From: Armatimonadota bacterium
Lineage (GTDB): Bacteria > Armatimonadota > HRBIN16
Direction: 5' to 3'
Length of the DNA: 64,000 nt
Assembly (NCBI GenBank): GCA_963677485.1
Contig: OY781964.1
Span: forward strand, 1,952,001-2,016,000
Below the pieces are notes generated by a model that was given only the letters and a program-made list of their open reading frames with translations, did no database searches and was not told the origin of the DNA. Positions 47,073 to 57,484 of this stretch are shown here, in pieces (positions within the stretch are counted from its first letter, which is position 1; every line of letters starts with the position of its first letter). The position numbers and the translations under genes are program-made.

Positions 47073-50000
47073 CTAATAGCCCACGATCCGGTAGTCATCA
47101 ATCGAGACCCAGTCATCACCCAGGTTATCGAACTGCACGGAATGCTCACCGGCGGGTACATCCACCGTGAACGTTCGGTCATACTCCTTGGCGAAAGGGT
47201 CCATCTTGCCGTCGATGTTGGGCAGCGGCTGCCTTAATACCTCTTTACCGTCTAGTTTACCCACTAGCAGCGCATCGGAGGGAACCGAATTGACATGCAC
47301 GCTGATGCTGCCCTGCTGCTTGAAGTTCACACAGAAGGTGGGACCGCGGCCGAACTTCGGCCGGTGCAGGTTGCCATGGATCAGATAGGGAATCTGCGTG
47401 TCGGTCGGGCTAAGGCTGCCATCTGAGCGGATGTCGATGGGCACCTGCGTCTGCTTCACGCCATATCCACCAGCAGGCGTCAACACCAGCGTGCGGTTCT
47501 CCCACATCAGCAATGGATGCTTCGCGGCTTTCAACCCGCTGGCACTGGCCCCGTATTTGATGGTCACCTGGCCGGGGAGCTGGAACCGGATACGCAGGAT
47601 GCGGCTCTCAGGGTTGAAGTTCGCCTCGCCGCCTTGAACCGACTCAAAGCTGTCGGTCACGCTGATGATCTCGGCTTCACCCTTCAAGGATGGATCGAAC
47701 TGCAATGTCACGCTCTGGTCACACAGGAAGAGCGGCACGTTGCTGCCGCGGGTCTTCTGTATGGTGTCCAGCGTGAAGATATGCCGCTTGGTGGCCTGAT
47801 CTCGGCCGGCGTATAACGGGTTGATCGTGGTGCCTGCGTCGCTCCACACCCAGTTGCGCACACCGGACTTTTTGGCCTCGGCCGCAAGCTGCGGCATCAC
47901 CGACTGCACGAAACGCTGGCCATTTTGCAGCCGAAGCTCCACATCGGCGGGGTTCAGGTACAGCACCACGCGCCCCTTGCCAACGCGCTGTTCGACACGG
48001 GTGAGGCCCTTCTGTTTGGCTTGAGCGATGCTCTTCAGGTTCACCATACCAGCCAGGCCGGGTGTTGATACCACCTTCCGGCTGGGTGACACGGTATAAG
48101 CGAGGCAGCCCTCGCCGAAGCCGATCAGCGTGCCGCCTGCTTTTACCCAGCTCGTGATGGCTTGCACCGCCTTCTGCGTGGTCATGGTCACGGCAGCGTT
48201 GGGTATCACGAACAGCTTGCGGCCCTTCAACGCTCCGTCTTCGATCATCTGGTCGTCGGCCACACCAGGACTGCACAACGCCCGTCCCCAGTTCGGGTAA
48301 CCCAGGTCCGCTGACCAGAGCGTGTTCACGCTGTCATAAAGGTTCAAGCCGTCAGGATAGCTCCGCGAGGCACGGTACCACGAGGTCACGTAGCTGTGGA
48401 ACATCAACGCCTGAGACTCGACACCCGGGGTGACGATCTCCTTCGCCACGGGAGCAAGGTCTTGCCAGGCTTTGGCAAAGAAGTGGTCCTTCTGGAACAG
48501 CTCACCCAGGTGTGCGAGGTGGAACACCTTCGCACCGCAAGCCAGACCGTTCAAAAGCATGTCATACTGGTGCGCCAGTGCCAGACCGGGAGGGCCGACG
48601 TGCTCTATCATCAGGTCCACGCCATACTGCTTCGTGGCCGCCTGCGAATAGCGTACCGAATAGAGGGTCTGCGAGTCGGTGTCGTCAAACCACGCTGGGC
48701 GGATCTGCCCCAGCATCTTCATCACCGGTCCGATGTTGCCCAGCTCAATGCCCTGGTTGTAGCCGACTTTCGGCCCGCCGATCATGCCCTCGATGGGCTT
48801 TTTGGTGTAATGGCGCATGGTGCCGAAGCCATTTCGGGCTACCTCCATCAGGCACCAGTTATACCAGTGGATGAAATCGCTGAACTTTTGGCTGGTGTCC
48901 ACACCCTTCGAGTTGGCCATCTGACCATCGGGCGGGATAATTGCATCCCAGCTTGATATGGGCTGCCCCCAGGCCTTGCTGAGCGCCTTGAGATTATTGC
49001 CATACTGCTGCTTCAACCAGTCTTGGAAATTCTGTTTTGCTGGTCGGCTGAACACCATGTACTGCCCCGCCGTAGAGGTGGGGAAGTGCAGCTCGCCGTA
49101 CATGCTGGTCGGAGCGGCGAAGTTGAACGAGGTGACCCAGGGTGAGTCTGCCAGCGGCTCTACCCGTTGCGCCAAAAATTGGTTCATACGCTTGGTGACT
49201 TCCGGCATGAAGATCGAACTCTCATAGCCGAAGTTCGACTTGTTGCCTTTGGCGTCCTGGTCCATATCTTCTGGCTGCAGATCCAGCCCGGCCAGTCCCA
49301 GAGGTGCCCGTGGACGATCCGGCCCGACGTTGGTCAGCCAGCCTTTGGTGTAGTAATACATCATCCACAGCGGCCCCTCAGAGAAGCTGGAGCTAAAGCC
49401 TAAGCCCATCTTCTGCAGAGCCTCAAGATGCTCAGGGCTGTGACCAGGCCAGATCACATTCCCCAGGCGCGTGAGGTTGGTGGCCGGCGGCAGTTTGGTC
49501 ACGACCGCGTCATACAGTCCAGCGTAGCGGTACTCACCGGGTTCATCTTTACTGCGGCTGACGCTGATGTCGTCTATCAGCAGATGCGCAGAGGGGGTAT
49601 CTTTCCAGACACCCATGGTCAGCGAGAACAGCGAGGTGGTGCGCAGTTTGGCCTCAGTGTTGCTGGCCTGCAGATCCGCGAAGGGGATGTTGATCTGTTG
49701 CCATTCTGTACCGTTGATAGGCACCTGCACGGAGAACCAGGCCTCAGGCTTCAAATCATCCTTATATTGCTGAAAGCCGATGGTGAGTGACAGGGGGTTG
49801 CCATCGCCCTTCACCCATAGGTTCAATGTATCCGCTCTGATTTTAGCCCAGTCCAGACAGATGGGGTTGAGATCGTATCCTGCAGCCGCGAAGCCCTTGA
49901 CATCCGTGAGATCCAGTTGCAGCGCGCCTTTGCCGGTACGGGCCTGCTTGCTGATGTCAATGCGGACATACGGCTTGGCGGCTGTGCCGCGTCCAGCGTC

Positions 50001-50132
50001 GTTGGTCATCCATCCGTTCAGACCGTATTCGAAGCCTTCCACCGGCAGTGTCTCTGGAGTGGCGGCAGTGGCTCCAACGGCGCAGACCATCAGGCCGGCG
50101 AGGAGCAATAAGGGGATGTTCACGGTGCGCAC
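47073..50132 (-). CDS. Secreted multi-domain glycoside hydrolase (CBM11-like plus GH42-like)
   Basis: Signal peptide; WVKGDG..WQQINIPFADL; FQDWLKQQYG..LSKAWG..WDAIIPP; start may be GTG 50123. Confidence 0.75.
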   Translation of the reverse strand: MRTVNIPLLLLAGLMVCAVGATAATPETLPVEGFEYGLNGWMTNDAGRGTAAKPYVRIDISKQARTGKGALQLDLTDVKGFAAAGYDLNPICLDWAKIRADTLNLWVKGDGNPLSLTIGFQQYKDDLKPEAWFSVQVPINGTEWQQINIPFADLQASNTEAKLRTTSLFSLTMGVWKDTPSAHLLIDDISVSRSKDEPGEYRYAGLYDAVVTKLPPATNLTRLGNVIWPGHSPEHLEALQKMGLGFSSSFSEGPLWMMYYYTKGWLTNVGPDRPRAPLGLAGLDLQPEDMDQDAKGNKSNFGYESSIFMPEVTKRMNQFLAQRVEPLADSPWVTSFNFAAPTSMYGELHFPTSTAGQYMVFSRPAKQNFQDWLKQQYGNNLKALSKAWGQPISSWDAIIPPDGQMANSKGVDTSQKFSDFIHWYNWCLMEVARNGFGTMRHYTKKPIEGMIGGPKVGYNQGIELGNIGPVMKMLGQIRPAWFDDTDSQTLYSVRYSQAATKQYGVDLMIEHVGPPGLALAHQYDMLLNGLACGAKVFHLAHLGELFQKDHFFAKAWQDLAPVAKEIVTPGVESQALMFHSYVTSWYRASRSYPDGLNLYDSVNTLWSADLGYPNWGRALCSPGVADDQMIEDGALKGRKLFVIPNAAVTMTTQKAVQAITSWVKAGGTLIGFGEGCLAYTVSPSRKVVSTPGLAGMVNLKSIAQAKQKGLTRVEQRVGKGRVVLYLNPADVELRLQNGQRFVQSVMPQLAAEAKKSGVRNWVWSDAGTTINPLYAGRDQATKRHIFTLDTIQKTRGSNVPLFLCDQSVTLQFDPSLKGEAEIISVTDSFESVQGGEANFNPESRILRIRFQLPGQVTIKYGASASGLKAAKHPLLMWENRTLVLTPAGGYGVKQTQVPIDIRSDGSLSPTDTQIPYLIHGNLHRPKFGRGPTFCVNFKQQGSISVHVNSVPSDALLVGKLDGKEVLRQPLPNIDGKMDPFAKEYDRTFTVDVPAGEHSVQFDNLGDDWVSIDDYRIVGY

Positions 50133-50216
50133 CTCTAGCGGTTATGTTTGATGTAGTATACGCCGCGATGGAGGGGATATCCTGCGTTTGTGGGGGGTAG
50201 CCGCCTGGACCGTCTC

Positions 50217-50400
50217 CTGGGAACGCCAATCTCCTGATGGGCATATTGTCCTACTCATCCTACTCATCCTACTCATCCTACATGCCCGGTTAAGGGAAAC
50301 TGAACCGCGAATGAACGCGAATGCCCGGATTGTCTGAACCACGGATTACACAGTTGCCACGGATAGGACGGATGCCAATCGGGAGATTGGCGTTCCCAGG
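50217..50400. repeat. Inverted pair of palindrome A enclosing modules I and B
   Basis: A(-) 50217-50243, I 50248-50281, B 50331-50364, A(+) 50374-50400. Confidence 0.88.
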
Positions 50401-50409
50401 GTTATCCGC

Positions 50410-50988
50410 TTACTCCCTGGGTAACAGTCCGTTCAGCAATACTTTCGACAGCACTTGCGACAATCCGTCGATGTCATCAACCTCACCAGCCACTGGGTTC
50501 ATCAAGCCAAACCCAAGCGCTATCCCAAGCATCATGCGGCTGATAATCGAAGGTTCAACATCCACGAAAAGGCCTTTGAGCTGCTGCTGTGTGATACACT
50601 CGTTCAGCTTCTTCATTGCAGGATCATAGACGCGGTTGCGGTAGAGGTCGCGGAACTCGTCGTCAAAGATAGCTTCAGAGATCATGACCCTGAGAATTCC
50701 CGAATGCTTCTTCCACATCAGCAACCTGTTGTTCAGTAGTTTCATCATCATAGTCTCAACATCGTCAGTGTCGTTGAGTTTAGGGATCGTCTCCAGAACC
50801 TGCTGCTCCAGCACGCACACCAAAATATCTCGTTTGGTCGGGAAGTAGTTAAATATGGTACCCTCGGCCACGCCAGCCCGCTTGGCAATAGCGCGCGTGG
50901 TGGCGCGCTCAAAACCTAGTTCCGCGAAAACTTCCACGGCAGCGGATAATATCTGCTCTTTGCGATCGGCACGTTTTGGAGTAGGCAA
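50410..50988 (-). CDS. TetR/AcrR family regulator
   Basis: ILSAAVEVFAELGF..TTRAIAKRAGVAEGTIFNYFPTK HTH; probable TTG start at 50988. Confidence 0.93.
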   Translation of the reverse strand: MPTPKRADRKEQILSAAVEVFAELGFERATTRAIAKRAGVAEGTIFNYFPTKRDILVCVLEQQVLETIPKLNDTDDVETMMMKLLNNRLLMWKKHSGILRVMISEAIFDDEFRDLYRNRVYDPAMKKLNECITQQQLKGLFVDVEPSIISRMMLGIALGFGLMNPVAGEVDDIDGLSQVLSKVLLNGLLPRE

Positions 50989-51022
50989 CTGGTCACCCTT
51001 GACTTTCTTCGCGATATATATA

Positions 51023-51052
51023 AAAATATGAGTGAGCACTCACTCATATTTT
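51023..51052. promoter_or_regulatory. Probable TetR operator
   Basis: Perfect 14-bp arms AAAATATGAGTGAG-CA-CTCACTCATATTTT between divergent tetR and efflux operon. Confidence 0.8.
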
Positions 51053-51109
51053 ACTATCTCCACTCGGGAGATTGCAATGCACCGGCGCAATCGAGGAAGG
51101 AAACCTGCC

Positions 51110-52576
51110 ATGAGCCAGCAAGCAAGTCATACACCACATACGCACTCCGTGCCGCCCAGGGTCCGCATCATCGGACTACTGTTGTTGATTGTTTTGATAG
51201 TGGTCGGTGTCAAAGCCTGGCAGAAGAGCCAGATTGACCCCAACCTGTTGAAACTCAGCGGAACGGTGGAGGCCACCGAATCTGATGTCGCCCCTCGCGT
51301 GGCTGGACGAATAGTGAAGCTGCTGGTGGATGAGGGTGACCACGTGAAATCGGGGCAGACCATCGCCATCCTGCAGGCGGATGAACTCACAGCCAGAGTC
51401 GACCAGGCCACCGGTGCGATGCTGGCCAACCAGGCTCGCCTAAAGGAGCTTGAAGAAGGCACTCGCCAGGAGCGCATCCGCGCGGCGCAGGCCGACCTCG
51501 CCCGAGCGAAGGCGGTAGCTAGCGGAGCGGTGGATGTGCAGCAGACCATCGCCCTGGCCCACAGCAGAGCGAACGAGCTGAAGGCGAGCATGGTCACGGC
51601 CATGACCAACATGCAGGTGGCCCAGCGCGAATACGACGCCGCCGCAGCGCAACTGCAACTGGTGCGCAAAGGCCCCCGAAGTGAGCAGATCGATGCGGCT
51701 AAAGCCGCCGTCTCGCAGGCCGCCACTCTGGCCCACAATGCGGAGCGTGAGGCTGACAGAGCCATCGAACTCTGCACCGAAGGTGCCATCAGCGAACAGT
51801 TGCGGGATAACAGCGTGGCAGCACGCGATGCGGCCAAGGCCGTGTATGCCGGAGCGGAATCCAAACTTCGCGAGGCGCTAGCCGGCAGCCGCCCGGAGGA
51901 GATCACCAGCGCGAACGCCAAACTGGAGCAGGCCTCAGCCCGGCTCCAGGGTGCCCAGATGTTGGCCCAGACCGCAAAGCAGATGTATGACGACCGCCTG
52001 GATAACCTGCAGAGGCTTCAAAGTGCGAAAAGCAGCTCACAAGCCGCCTACCAACAGGTGCAGGCGGCTCAGGCTGCGCTGGATCTGCTCGTGAATGGGC
52101 CAAGTCAGAATGACCTTAACGCCGCGAAAGGTGGGGTGGTACAATCCAATGCTCAGCTCAACGAGGCGCAGTATATGCGCGGTCAGATCGTGATCACGGC
52201 ACCGTTCGACGGTGTGATCACCACCAAATACCGCGAGGTCGGCGAGGTGCTGACTCCGGGAGCCGCCATCGTGCGGGTCGCCAACCTGGCGCGACTCTGG
52301 GTGCGTGTCTACGCCCCGCTGACCAGCATGGGACGGTTCAAAGTGGGCGACACCGGACAGGTGATCACAGAAAGTCTGCCTGATAAGCAACTCGAAGCCA
52401 AGGTGGCCAGCATCAGCCAGGAGCCGGAGTTCACGCCCAAGAACGTGCAAACCAGCGAGGAACGTGTGAAGTTGGTCTACGCCTTGCGGCTGAACCTGCC
52501 CAACCCGAAGCAGTTGCTGAAACCGGGTATGCCCGTGGATGCGCTGATAAAGATGCAGCCGGAAACAGGCAAATAA
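51110..52576 (+). CDS. HlyD/YbhG-like periplasmic adaptor with long coiled coil
   Basis: SGTVEA, lipoyl half-motifs, EFTPKNVQT, LKPGMP; start set at ATG 51110. Confidence 0.92.
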   Translation: MSQQASHTPHTHSVPPRVRIIGLLLLIVLIVVGVKAWQKSQIDPNLLKLSGTVEATESDVAPRVAGRIVKLLVDEGDHVKSGQTIAILQADELTARVDQATGAMLANQARLKELEEGTRQERIRAAQADLARAKAVASGAVDVQQTIALAHSRANELKASMVTAMTNMQVAQREYDAAAAQLQLVRKGPRSEQIDAAKAAVSQAATLAHNAEREADRAIELCTEGAISEQLRDNSVAARDAAKAVYAGAESKLREALAGSRPEEITSANAKLEQASARLQGAQMLAQTAKQMYDDRLDNLQRLQSAKSSSQAAYQQVQAAQAALDLLVNGPSQNDLNAAKGGVVQSNAQLNEAQYMRGQIVITAPFDGVITTKYREVGEVLTPGAAIVRVANLARLWVRVYAPLTSMGRFKVGDTGQVITESLPDKQLEAKVASISQEPEFTPKNVQTSEERVKLVYALRLNLPNPKQLLKPGMPVDALIKMQPETGK

Positions 52577-53511
52577 TGAGCTCCGAACAAGTCATACGCC
52601 TGGACGGGCTGTGCAAGAGCTTCGGCAGCAACCTCGCTGTCGATAAGCTCAGCCTGACCGTAAACCGCGGCGAGATATTCGGTTTGCTGGGGCCAGACGG
52701 CGCTGGAAAGACCACCACGATACGGATGGTGGTGGGCATCATGCAGCCATCGGATGGTGACGGCGAGGTGCTGGGTTTCAATATCAATAAACAGGCTGAA
52801 CAGCTCAAACCGCACATCGGATATATGTCGCAGCGGTTCAGCCTGGATGCCGACCTCACAGTGGCGGAGAATCTGGAGTATTTCGGCGAGATCTACGAAA
52901 TCCCGAGGTCTGAAAGGGCCGCTCGGGAGAAGCTGATGTATGAGTTCAGCCGCCTGGAGCCGTTCAGACACAGGTTGGCCGGTGATCTATCTGGCGGGAT
53001 GAAGCAGAAGCTGGCGCTCGCCTGTACGCTGATGCACACCCCCTCGCTGCTGATTCTGGACGAGCCCACCACCGGCGTAGACCCCGTCTCTCGGCGGGAT
53101 TTCTGGCGTATCCTCTACCAGTTGGTGGCGGACGGCATGACGATACTGGTCAGCACGCCCTACATGGATGAAGCAGAGCGCTGTAACCGCATCGCGCTCA
53201 TGGACCAGGGGCGGCTACTGCATCTCGATACGCCTGATGCGATGAAAGCCGGTATGCGCGGTCAGCTCTTCCAACTGGAGAGCGAGCAACTCGCTGAGGC
53301 ACAGGGGCGTCTGCTGCAGCACCCAGAGGTTCATGATGTGCAACTGTTTGGCGACCGACTGCACGTGCAGGCCTCAGCCAACATCAGTGCAGAGCAGATC
53401 GAGCAGATCTGTGCTGGGCTGGGTGCTGTGGTCAGCTCCATCCCCTTCGGTCTTGAGGATGTTTTTGTGAACACCATCGCAGAGGCTCATCATACGGTGA
53501 TTCCGTCATGA
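52576..53511 (+). CDS. ABC transporter ATP-binding protein (like the N-half of YbhF)
   Basis: GPDGAGKTT, LSGGMKQKL, DEPTTGVDP, STPYMDE. Confidence 0.93.
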   Translation: MSSEQVIRLDGLCKSFGSNLAVDKLSLTVNRGEIFGLLGPDGAGKTTTIRMVVGIMQPSDGDGEVLGFNINKQAEQLKPHIGYMSQRFSLDADLTVAENLEYFGEIYEIPRSERAAREKLMYEFSRLEPFRHRLAGDLSGGMKQKLALACTLMHTPSLLILDEPTTGVDPVSRRDFWRILYQLVADGMTILVSTPYMDEAERCNRIALMDQGRLLHLDTPDAMKAGMRGQLFQLESEQLAEAQGRLLQHPEVHDVQLFGDRLHVQASANISAEQIEQICAGLGAVVSSIPFGLEDVFVNTIAEAHHTVIPS

Positions 53512-54452
53512 CAGATTTCGCGGTGCAGGTGCAGAACCTCAGTAAGCACTTCGGGAGCTTTCACGCCGTAGATGGCATCAGCTTCGAGGTAGAACGGGGA
53601 GAGATATTCGGCTTTCTGGGTCCAAACGGCGCCGGGAAAAGCACCACCATCCGAATGCTGTGCGGGCTACTTTCACCCACCTCCGGCAGCGGGCAGGTGG
53701 CGGGTCTGGACATCGTGACGCAAAGTGAGGCGATCAAAACGCGCATCGGCTATATGTCGCAGAAGTTCAGCCTTTACGACGACCTGAGCGTCGAAGAAAA
53801 CATACAATTTTATGCTGGCATCTACGGGGTTCCCGCCCGAAAGTATGCCGAACGCAAGAAGTGGATTTTGCATATGGCTGGGTTGGAAGGCCGTGAGCAG
53901 AGCCTGACCCGCGACCTGAGCATGGGCTGGAAGCAGAGGCTGGCACTGGGCACCGCCATCGTGCATGAACCCGAGATACTCTTCCTTGATGAGCCCACCA
54001 GCGGTGTGGACCCCGTCTCAAGGCGGCAGTTCTGGGAGCTGATCCATGAGGTCGCCGCAGGTGGGGTGACCGTGTTTGTGACCACACACTTCATGGACGA
54101 AGCGGAGCACTGCCAGCGGCTGGCATTGATCTATAAAGGAAAGATGGTGGCACTGGGCACACCCCGTGAGCTCAAACTGGACTTCGCGGGTAACAGCCTG
54201 GCGGACATCAGCGTGAAGCCGATACTGAAGGCATTGGAGCTGCTGATCGATCATGATCTGGTGATCGATGCGGCGCTCTTCGGCACGGACCTGCATGTGG
54301 TGGTGGCGGAGCAGGCGCATGGTGAGCCACTGATGCAGATGCTGGCTGACAACGGCTGCGAGGTGAGCCACCTGGAGTGGATCACGCCTAGCCTGGAGGA
54401 TGTGTTTGTGGGACTGATTGAACGAGAAGACCGCATGGGGGCATCTGTATGA
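53508..54452 (+). CDS. ABC transporter ATP-binding protein (like the C-half of YbhF)
   Basis: GPNGAGKST, DEPTSGVDP, TTHFMDE. Confidence 0.93.
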   Translation: MTDFAVQVQNLSKHFGSFHAVDGISFEVERGEIFGFLGPNGAGKSTTIRMLCGLLSPTSGSGQVAGLDIVTQSEAIKTRIGYMSQKFSLYDDLSVEENIQFYAGIYGVPARKYAERKKWILHMAGLEGREQSLTRDLSMGWKQRLALGTAIVHEPEILFLDEPTSGVDPVSRRQFWELIHEVAAGGVTVFVTTHFMDEAEHCQRLALIYKGKMVALGTPRELKLDFAGNSLADISVKPILKALELLIDHDLVIDAALFGTDLHVVVAEQAHGEPLMQMLADNGCEVSHLEWITPSLEDVFVGLIEREDRMGASV

Positions 54453-55576
54453 ACCGCCGAATGAGGGCTGTGGCCAAGCGCGAATACATCCAGATCAAGC
54501 GCGATCCCCGAAGTCTGGCGGTGGCTATCATACTGCCCATCGTGATGCTGCTGCTCTACGGCTACGGCATCAACCTGGATGTGAAACACATCCGCACGGC
54601 TATTTGTGACCAGGACCGCACCGCCACTTCGCGGAAGATCATCGATGTCATCGCACAGTGCGGCCACTTCGACATGGTGGATTATCTGGACAGCCCCAGT
54701 TCCATCGACAGCGTTCTTGACAGCAATCAGTCCAAAATCGTGATATGGATACCCAAGGGCTTCCAGAAGCTAATGGCACGCAACCGCGCCGTGCTGCCGA
54801 TATTGACCGATGGATCCGACAGCCAGACGAGTGCTTTAGCCACCAGTTACGCCAGTAGTGCGTTGTTGGATTACGCACAAAAGCTGAGCGTCAGACAGGC
54901 CATCAGCCGGACCGGCGTGATGCCTCCAGGCGGTGTGGAGCTGCGCACACGCATGTGGTACAACCCTGAGCTGAACAGTGCGCACTACATTGTGCCCGGG
55001 TTGATCGCGGTGATCCTGATGCTGCTCAGCGCGCTGCTCACCAGCATGACCATCGTGAAAGAACGCGAGCGGGGCAGTTTTGAGCAGATCGCCGTCAGTC
55101 CGATCAAGCCGCATGAGCTGATCATCGGCAAGCTGATACCCTACATGATTCTAGCGTTCTTCGATGTGCTGCTGGTCAGTGTGGGCGGGGCGTTGATCTT
55201 TGGGGTGCCGATGCATGGCAGTCCGTGGTTGTTCGCGTTTGGCAGTCTGCTGTTCCTTCTGGCGGCACTCAGTCTGGGGCTGGTCATCTCGTCGGCCGCA
55301 CCCACGCAGTTGGCAGCAATGACGGTGGCCATGATGGGCACCATGATCCCCACCATATTACTCTCAGGATTTGTGTTTCCGGTGAGTGCCATGCCAAAGC
55401 CTATACAGATACTGACCATTGCCATCCCCGCACGCTTCTATTTGGTGTTTACCAGAGGTGTGCTGTTGAAGGGTATCGGATTGAATGAACTCTGGCCGGA
55501 AGTGCTGATCCTGGGCGCTACCTCTGTAGTGCTGATGATGATGAGCATGCGACGGCTAGTAAAGCGGGTGGGTTAA
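54449..55576 (+). CDS. ABC-2 permease (YbhS-like)
   Basis: WYNPEL..VPGL, KERERG, GKLIPY, LSGF. Confidence 0.92.
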   Translation: MNRRMRAVAKREYIQIKRDPRSLAVAIILPIVMLLLYGYGINLDVKHIRTAICDQDRTATSRKIIDVIAQCGHFDMVDYLDSPSSIDSVLDSNQSKIVIWIPKGFQKLMARNRAVLPILTDGSDSQTSALATSYASSALLDYAQKLSVRQAISRTGVMPPGGVELRTRMWYNPELNSAHYIVPGLIAVILMLLSALLTSMTIVKERERGSFEQIAVSPIKPHELIIGKLIPYMILAFFDVLLVSVGGALIFGVPMHGSPWLFAFGSLLFLLAALSLGLVISSAAPTQLAAMTVAMMGTMIPTILLSGFVFPVSAMPKPIQILTIAIPARFYLVFTRGVLLKGIGLNELWPEVLILGATSVVLMMMSMRRLVKRVG

Positions 55577-55579
55577 CAG

Positions 55580-56719
55580 ATGGCGATTATCAACTGGCAG
55601 CGAGTGATGCACGTGGTTCGCAAGGAGCTGCTTCAGCTCAAACGCGACAAAAAAATGATGGGTCCCATCTTCATAGCTCCGATCTTTCAGTTGCTGGTGT
55701 TTGGATATGCCATCACCTCGGACATCAAGAATGTTCATACCGTGATGGTCGATATGGACCACAGCCAGTATAGCCGCCAATTGATCGAGCGGTTCCGAGG
55801 GGCTGGAGAGACCTTCTCCCTCGATAAACAGGCGGACAGCCCTGTCTTGGTTGATAAGCTGCTGGATTCGGGACTGAGCCAATTGGCGATCGTGATACCT
55901 AAAGGCTTCCAGCGCGCCATCGGACGCGGCGATACAGCCCCTGTGCAGGCGATTTTGGATGGTTCTGACAGTAAGACCGCCTCGCTGATCAACAGTTATG
56001 TCAACGCCGTGGTGAGCGGGTTCAGCAGGCAGCGGGTGGATACCTGGCTCCGCGCCCGAGGCAGCACGCTTCAGATGCCGCTGCAGGTCAGACCGCGAAA
56101 CTGGTATAACCCCGACATGCGCAGCGTGAACTATATGGTGCCCGGTGTGCTCTGCCTGATTTTGATGGTGGTCACCATGATGCTGACCTCGCTCTCCATC
56201 GTGCGGGAGCGAGAGATTGGCACGCTGGAGCAGATCATCGTCACGCCGATCACCAACCTGGAGCTGATGCTGGGCAAGATGATCCCCTTCGCCATCATCG
56301 GCATGGTTGATGTGGTGCTGATTTTGTTGGTCTCCACGCTGTGGTTCAAAGTGCCCATTGCCGGCAGCATACTGCTCTTGCTGGTGCTGACGATGGTGTT
56401 CTTGACGGCCACACTGGGACTGGGTTTGTTCATCAGCACCATCAGCCGCACGCAGCAGCAGGCGATGATGGTCAGCTTCTTTATCATGCAGCCCAGCATC
56501 CTTCTGTCGGGCTTCATGTTTCCGGTGGACAACATGCCCCAAGCCATCCGGCTGCTGACCACGGTGATTCCGCTGCGGTATTATCTGGAGATCGTGCGGG
56601 GGATTTTCCTACGCGGGGTGGGCATTGAGGTGCTCTGGCCGCAGACGCTGGCGCTGGTCGGGCTGACGGCTCTTCTCGTGTGGGGCAGCGTCAAGCGGTT
56701 TGTGAAGCAGGTGGGTTGA
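55580..56719 (+). CDS. ABC-2 permease (YbhR-like)
   Basis: WYNPD, REREIGTLEQ, GKMIP, LSGFMFP. Confidence 0.92.
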   Translation: MAIINWQRVMHVVRKELLQLKRDKKMMGPIFIAPIFQLLVFGYAITSDIKNVHTVMVDMDHSQYSRQLIERFRGAGETFSLDKQADSPVLVDKLLDSGLSQLAIVIPKGFQRAIGRGDTAPVQAILDGSDSKTASLINSYVNAVVSGFSRQRVDTWLRARGSTLQMPLQVRPRNWYNPDMRSVNYMVPGVLCLILMVVTMMLTSLSIVREREIGTLEQIIVTPITNLELMLGKMIPFAIIGMVDVVLILLVSTLWFKVPIAGSILLLLVLTMVFLTATLGLGLFISTISRTQQQAMMVSFFIMQPSILLSGFMFPVDNMPQAIRLLTTVIPLRYYLEIVRGIFLRGVGIEVLWPQTLALVGLTALLVWGSVKRFVKQVG

Positions 56720-56854
56720 GGGGCAGGTGGGGCTTCGTGTGGTGGGAAGGGTTTCGCGTGCGGTAGGGGCTTCGCGTGCGGAGCCCTTCATGCACGGCGG
56801 TATTGTGGTATTCCTAAAGATCACTCCTCCCTGGCCGCCGTCATCCTATATCCC

Positions 56855-57373
56855 TTAGGCCAAATAGAGAAACATTAAAGCTCCTGGATACGTGATATAC
56901 CATGGAAATAGGGATAACATCTCTCTACTGAATAACGTTGCGTCATGCGGTATTCGCGTTTGTATGTATGCGATAATCAAGCATAAAATAACAGATTTCA
57001 GACATGCGGTAGCTATGTTTGAGTTCCACCGTCTACACGATTCTGTGGATGCAACTGTAAAATAGTTAAATACCATCAGACTTACAAAAAAATGTATACT
57101 CATAGGAAAAAACAGCAGAGAACAGACTGAAAACATCAGTGATCTAGCTAAAATCGCTACATACTTTGCACGTTTTAGTGTAGAGTATGCGGCAGCAAAA
57201 AACGCATTAAAGAGGATGGCAGCGAGATACGACCTGGTAAGCACCAGACATAATGCTGTCATCGCGGTTAAAATCAAACAGAAATGTAAGATGGGTATTT
57301 TGGCAACCATACACATACCCGATAGCTTAAGGGTATGCCATTTGCTCTGATTCCTTCGTATTCCTACCATCAT
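56855..57373 (-). CDS. Hypothetical membrane protein; paralog of 24813..25472
   Basis: GIRRNQSKWHTLKLS motif; AT-rich; multiple TM helices. Confidence 0.7.
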   Translation of the reverse strand: MMVGIRRNQSKWHTLKLSGMCMVAKIPILHFCLILTAMTALCLVLTRSYLAAILFNAFFAAAYSTLKRAKYVAILARSLMFSVCSLLFFPMSIHFFVSLMVFNYFTVASTESCRRWNSNIATACLKSVILCLIIAYIQTRIPHDATLFSREMLSLFPWYITYPGALMFLYLA

Positions 57374-57484
57374 GTTCCAACTCTCTGCGGCCCGGAGCCG
57401 CTGGTCATATCACCAAATGTGTTACATTACCGGAGTTACGCTTGTGGCTGTCGTCCGTGCGGCTCACCCCAATGCTGTCGAGCA

